Source: Eledone cirrhosa
Lineage: Eukaryota
Assembly (NCBI GenBank): GCA_964016885.1
Contig: OZ024750.1
Span: 20,894,001-20,958,000, forward strand
Direction of reading: 5' to 3'
DNA length: 64,000 bases
In this document: piece by piece, positions 59,275-64,000 of the stretch
Numbering within the stretch: the first letter of the stretch is position 1
Layout: the number at the start of each line of letters is the position of its first letter
Notes under the pieces: model-generated
The model's input: only the letters and a program-made list of their open reading frames with translations
Database searches by the model: none
Told to the model about the DNA's origin: nothing
Translations under genes and position numbers: made by a program

Positions 59275-59800
59275 GGATATAATATATATATATGTATATA
59301 TATATTTTTAGAAATATGAAATTCAAATATGTGTATATATATATATATATTTGAATATCGTATTTCTAAAGAAATACGGTATGTTTAAAAATAAACATTT
59401 CGAAAGCCGTAGCTATACAAACATATTCACAGCTAACACCACCCAGCGGTGTCCAGTAGAAGCAAGGGGGAAAATCGTCGCTGCACTTCGAAATTGAAGT
59501 GGTTCCCGTAAAGACGATACCTCCCGCTTTTGCAACTGCTGGACTTTGGAAACATGCGAGAATATATAGTTTCTCGTTTGTGTAAATGAGATGATTAATC
59601 TCATTTACATATGTAGCTCTATAAGTTAGCTCAATATATATACGTATATATATACGTATATATATATATATATATATATACGTATAAGTTAGCTCTATAA
59701 GTTAGCTCAATATATATACGTATATATATATATACGTATATATATATATATATATATATATATACGTATATATATATATATACGTATATATATATATACG

Positions 59801-59846
<46 letters not shown>

Positions 59847-60293
59847 CGTATATATATATATACATATATATATATATACGTATATATATATATATACGTA
59901 TATATATATATATATGGTGTGTGCTTAATACTAAGCCACTTAGGCCTTAATTCAAGAACAAAACATTCAACTGAAAGAAACCCTCAGAGGTCACGCTCAT
60001 ATCTAATGGAAGATTCATAGATTACATAAAACAGATCAGCTACACCAGATATCATTACTGCACCCATTACCCTACGACCTCGTCTAGCATGTAGTTGATA
60101 TATCCATATTTTAAAGAGGAGAATGTTTATTTAAGTATCCCTAGAAATTGTGATCTATCCATTAAACACTTAAAATGTCAAGCCACGTCAATTTTGATTT
60201 TTGCCAACAAGTAGATCGTTTAATATGAAATTTCATATATAACATTAAATAGATTATGCATAATATATCAACATGCAGTTCATATATATATAT

Positions 60294-60331
<38 letters not shown>

Positions 60332-60339
60332 CTATGCTG

Positions 60340-60700
60340 AAAAATGTATTGGATACGACCATTGGCGTTCATCTTAAACATGCCATGACGTCCTAAGACA
60401 CGCCAAAAGGGGTTATCCTTTCCCACACATACATTCTTATCTCCAAGAAGCAAGATCTTGTCCGAATGTGGATTCAATGTTATGCAACCTCGTAAATATT
60501 GGTAAAAACGATGATTGATTCTTGGCTATTATCCGTACACTGAGATGACAGAAACGAAACGTTCCCTTGAAAGAGGAATTCTTAGATGCATAATTAGATT
60601 ATTAATGCCTTCTAGTTTCTCAAGTCGTTTTGTGATCTCTGTCCAGAGATCAAAATCCATTCCGCGATGCCTCAATAAAGTACAAGCCAATATTTGCGCC
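60340..60700 (-). pseudogene. Decayed RTE (BovB-like) AP-endonuclease fragment
   Basis: GINNLIMHLRIPLSRERFVSVISVYG...PHSDKILLLGDKNVCVGKD..W.VLGRHG..KMNANG. Confidence 0.82.
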
Positions 60701-61043
60701 ATTGATTATATCCAGTTTCTTTAGTACATATGCCCATGATCTCTTTGTAGAAAATTCATATTCGTATCTAATTTCACACTGAATTCTTTTTCCGGTCTAA
60801 CACAATAATTCTTGTTCCGGTTTAAAATTGCCTCTCACGGATGCACCACTCTTGTAAACATTCGAACCAGGTTTCTCACCTAAGCATTATTTTTTCCCCG
60901 TGCCACTTCATCTCCTCAGTACTGAAGCTCAGAAATATGTCAAGGGTTGTAGATCTTTTAGTGGGTTAATTATTGTTCCATTCGAATCTAGACAGGTTTT
61001 ATGATATATCGCTGTTTATATTTTTAAAAGCGTTTAATTTAAG

Positions 61044-61160
61044 GACAATATATCAAAATTGACTGTAAGAATCTTAATTAATCTAAGGACCATATATCAT
61101 AATTTACTGTAAGAATCTTAATTAATCTAAGGACCATATATCATAATTTACTGTAAGAAT
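61044..61160 (+). repeat. Local tandem duplication, ~48-bp unit, ~2.4 copies
   Basis: ACTGTAAGAATCTTAATTAATCTAAGGACCATATATCATAATTT repeated. Confidence 0.9.
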
Positions 61161-64000
61161 GATTCTAAAACAACATCACCTTACTAATAAACACATTACT
61201 TATATTAGTGAATCTTTCCAGTGTTGATTTTCTTTAAAAAGCTTATGTAAACTATAAGCAAAGTCTCCCATTAGAAGTGTGATAACAAATAGATTAAATG
61301 GATATATTTATCCTATATCTTCGCTCGTTAAGATGTCAATAAGGAGACAGTTATATATAAAATGTTGCCACTTTCTTGATTGTTTTCGTAACTTATTTCA
61401 CATGTATAGGAAGTGACTCTTATTAGAAGTATTAACGACAATTTAAAAATAAAATAAAACACATATACACTGTATAATGTGCCTATACACCTTTCACTTC
61501 TTCATTCACTTTCTCTCTAACCATATATAAGCCACGTTCATTTGTTTATTATTCGTACATGTTTATAAATTCACTGGCAATCGTTCCTATATTCTCGTTG
61601 GATCAATTTCAATCGTTATCTTCAAAGGTTACAATCGTAAATCTAAAACATATGGAGAACATTGAGAGATAAATGTTATAACTGAATCCTAACGTTACAT
61701 TTCTTTAAAGATGGCGGCGAAGTATGATGTTACAATGAAGGAGGTGATGAACGATTGAGCATAATGCATCAACATTACGCAGAAGATAATAGTATTTCAC
61801 TGATATATTCTCACTAGAGGATAATCAACAGTTCAGTGTACCCGCCTCACTGGTGATAATCTAAGAGTGCAATATTTATTGATTTGCATTTATATAATTT
61901 TCTATAGGAAGGAATTGAATAAATATAACTGGATTCTAGTTATTTTTCTATTTCTATCCTACTATCATATGTGTAATTTCCTACAGCCCAGCATGGTATT
62001 TTGTGTTTATTGAAAGAAAGATAATTACGGTAGAAAAAAGAAAGGAACCGACGATCGTCAGATCAAACCGAGGAAACAGCTTCAATTGTTTTCTTCATTG
62101 GTGATATTAGCTGCAGATCACTTTTTTGTGTTCATTTATTTTTAAATGTGGGTAAACAAAGACAGAATAATATTAATACACAAAATACATGTAATATATG
62201 AAATGGAATGGACCTCCGACGATTTCGTCAATGAGTATTCCAGTTGTTCGATAAACGAAACAACTTTCTCGTGAAACTAACGTTCAAATATGTTTGAGTA
62301 TTTCACAGACACGTGTACCGTTAACTTCGTTCTGAGGGATGTTCAGTGTTACAGAGTGTATGACAAGGCTAATCCTTTCAAATGCAGATACAGTCCAATC
62401 GACGGGTTTCCAGTTAGCGTCCGTCTATCCAATTTCACTCACAATGCATGGGTTGAACCAACACTATGGGAAATGACACTTGCCTAATAAGACAGGCAGT
62501 AGGATTCAACTCAGGACCTAATACATTGTTGATTTTATCTGCTGCTTTTCCCACCTGGCTGGAACTCCACAATTTCCAGCTGACAAGAGTCAAATTTTGA
62601 ACTCAGAAAGCACTGAACCTAGAAGAGACAGAGTCAATCACTATGTCCAACTATCTAATAATTCCCCTACCTCTGGCACATATTTAGCGACCGTGAAGGG
62701 ATGAACAAAAGCGACGCCTCAGCCTGATTGGAATGCAGATTTATTATCAATGCATTCAATCAAACGACCAAACGGCTCTAGTCAATTAGTCGTGGTTAGA
62801 TCAGAAGCGAACCATGATCCCCAATTATTAGGTTGTCATTCTATATCACATTCGGCAAGTTTGGTCAATATAATAAATCATTATAATATATTAGCTATAT
62901 ATTGTGATAAAAGGACTATAGCTCGATTTATGATAGGATATACATTACAATCTGTAATTTATCATGAAATCTATTCTTCTTGTTTGTTTCATCATCGTAT
63001 TTATACACATTCTTAATATATTTCTTCAATGGTATATATTTCTACTGCCAAGTAATATATCTAAGACTGGATTCCCGTAAGTAATACTCTTCACGTCATA
63101 GTCACAGAAAGATCGAAGCAGAACATGGAAACTGATCAAATGACAAAACTGATTGATTGTCGTATGCTGACTACTCAAGCTTTTCAAGTTGAAGAGTGGA
63201 CAGACAGGACAATAGATTAAATCAACCACATAGTAATATGAAATACTCGTTCATCAATCACTCTTCTGGCCGGACATCTATATAACATTGCCCAAATTTT
63301 CCAACACGTCGGTCGATCCAGGAAGAGTTGATTCTAATAGTCTCACACTTCTTCTTCTTCTTCTTCTTCTTCGTCTTCGTCTTCTTCTTCTTCGTCTTCG
63401 TCTTCTTCTTATTATTATTCTGATTCTTATTCTTATTCTTATTATTATTATTCTGCTACCAAGCCAGACTATCAGCCTACACAGCCCCACGTGCCTGGAT
63501 AATGTTCGAGGTAGGCCCCTATTAGTCGTTCCCTTTATGTTTTTCGGGAGCCAAACAAGAACACATCTGACTTCAGCCCTGGGCAGCATTTAGAGTTGAT
63601 GCTACAATCTCATTACGTTCCTATAAAATTGAGATCCTGAAAAAAAAAATATTGAAGCGCAAGAAAAGGTAAACATATCTATTACGTGTTTTAGGTAGCA
63701 CAATCTAAAAATGTCAAGGCACATCAATCTTGATTTTGACATTCCATCGGTCATATTAATAATAAATGCCAAAGGATATGTAGCAGTACTAACCATTTAT
63801 CTGTTATATATCTCGTATATCTCAATATAGTTTCAATGATTTGTTCTGAAATTTATACAGGTTTGAAGAAACACCTCCTTTGGATACTAAGAAACATGGT
63901 AATATTATATAGATATATAGATAATAATAATAATAATAATATTATTTATAGTTAGATATACACTATATACAAATATAAACAGGAAATGAAAGCAATAAAA

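Overview
Very AT-rich, microsatellite-saturated eukaryotic DNA. Its SINE families resemble those of octopod cephalopods (my recognition, not a search). I found no intact host gene, so the window is probably intronic or intergenic. Almost all listed ORFs are translations of (TA)n/(CA)n/(GA)n/(ATT)n tracts. Contents: about 20 copies of two tRNA-derived SINE families (several with 18-21 bp TSDs), decayed RTE, Dong/R4-like and CRE-like LINE fragments, and a Helentron-like insert. The main signal is a set of at least 8 sequence-unrelated short elements sitting inside (TA)n tracts. They share one architecture: a fold-back (inverted duplication) or tandem direct repeat, a type I hammerhead ribozyme (several with palindromic stem III, two families with the compensated U3:A8 core), and a short 3' tail with a TGAGYAC-like motif about 40-55 nt before the TA tract. 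One family is physically linked to the C-terminus of a Penelope-like GIY-YIG endonuclease. One insertion is a 595-nt unit bracketed by two identical hammerheads (retrozyme/circRNA-like). Together this suggests a diverse TA-microsatellite-associated Penelope/retrozyme system. All ribozyme folds were done by eye.
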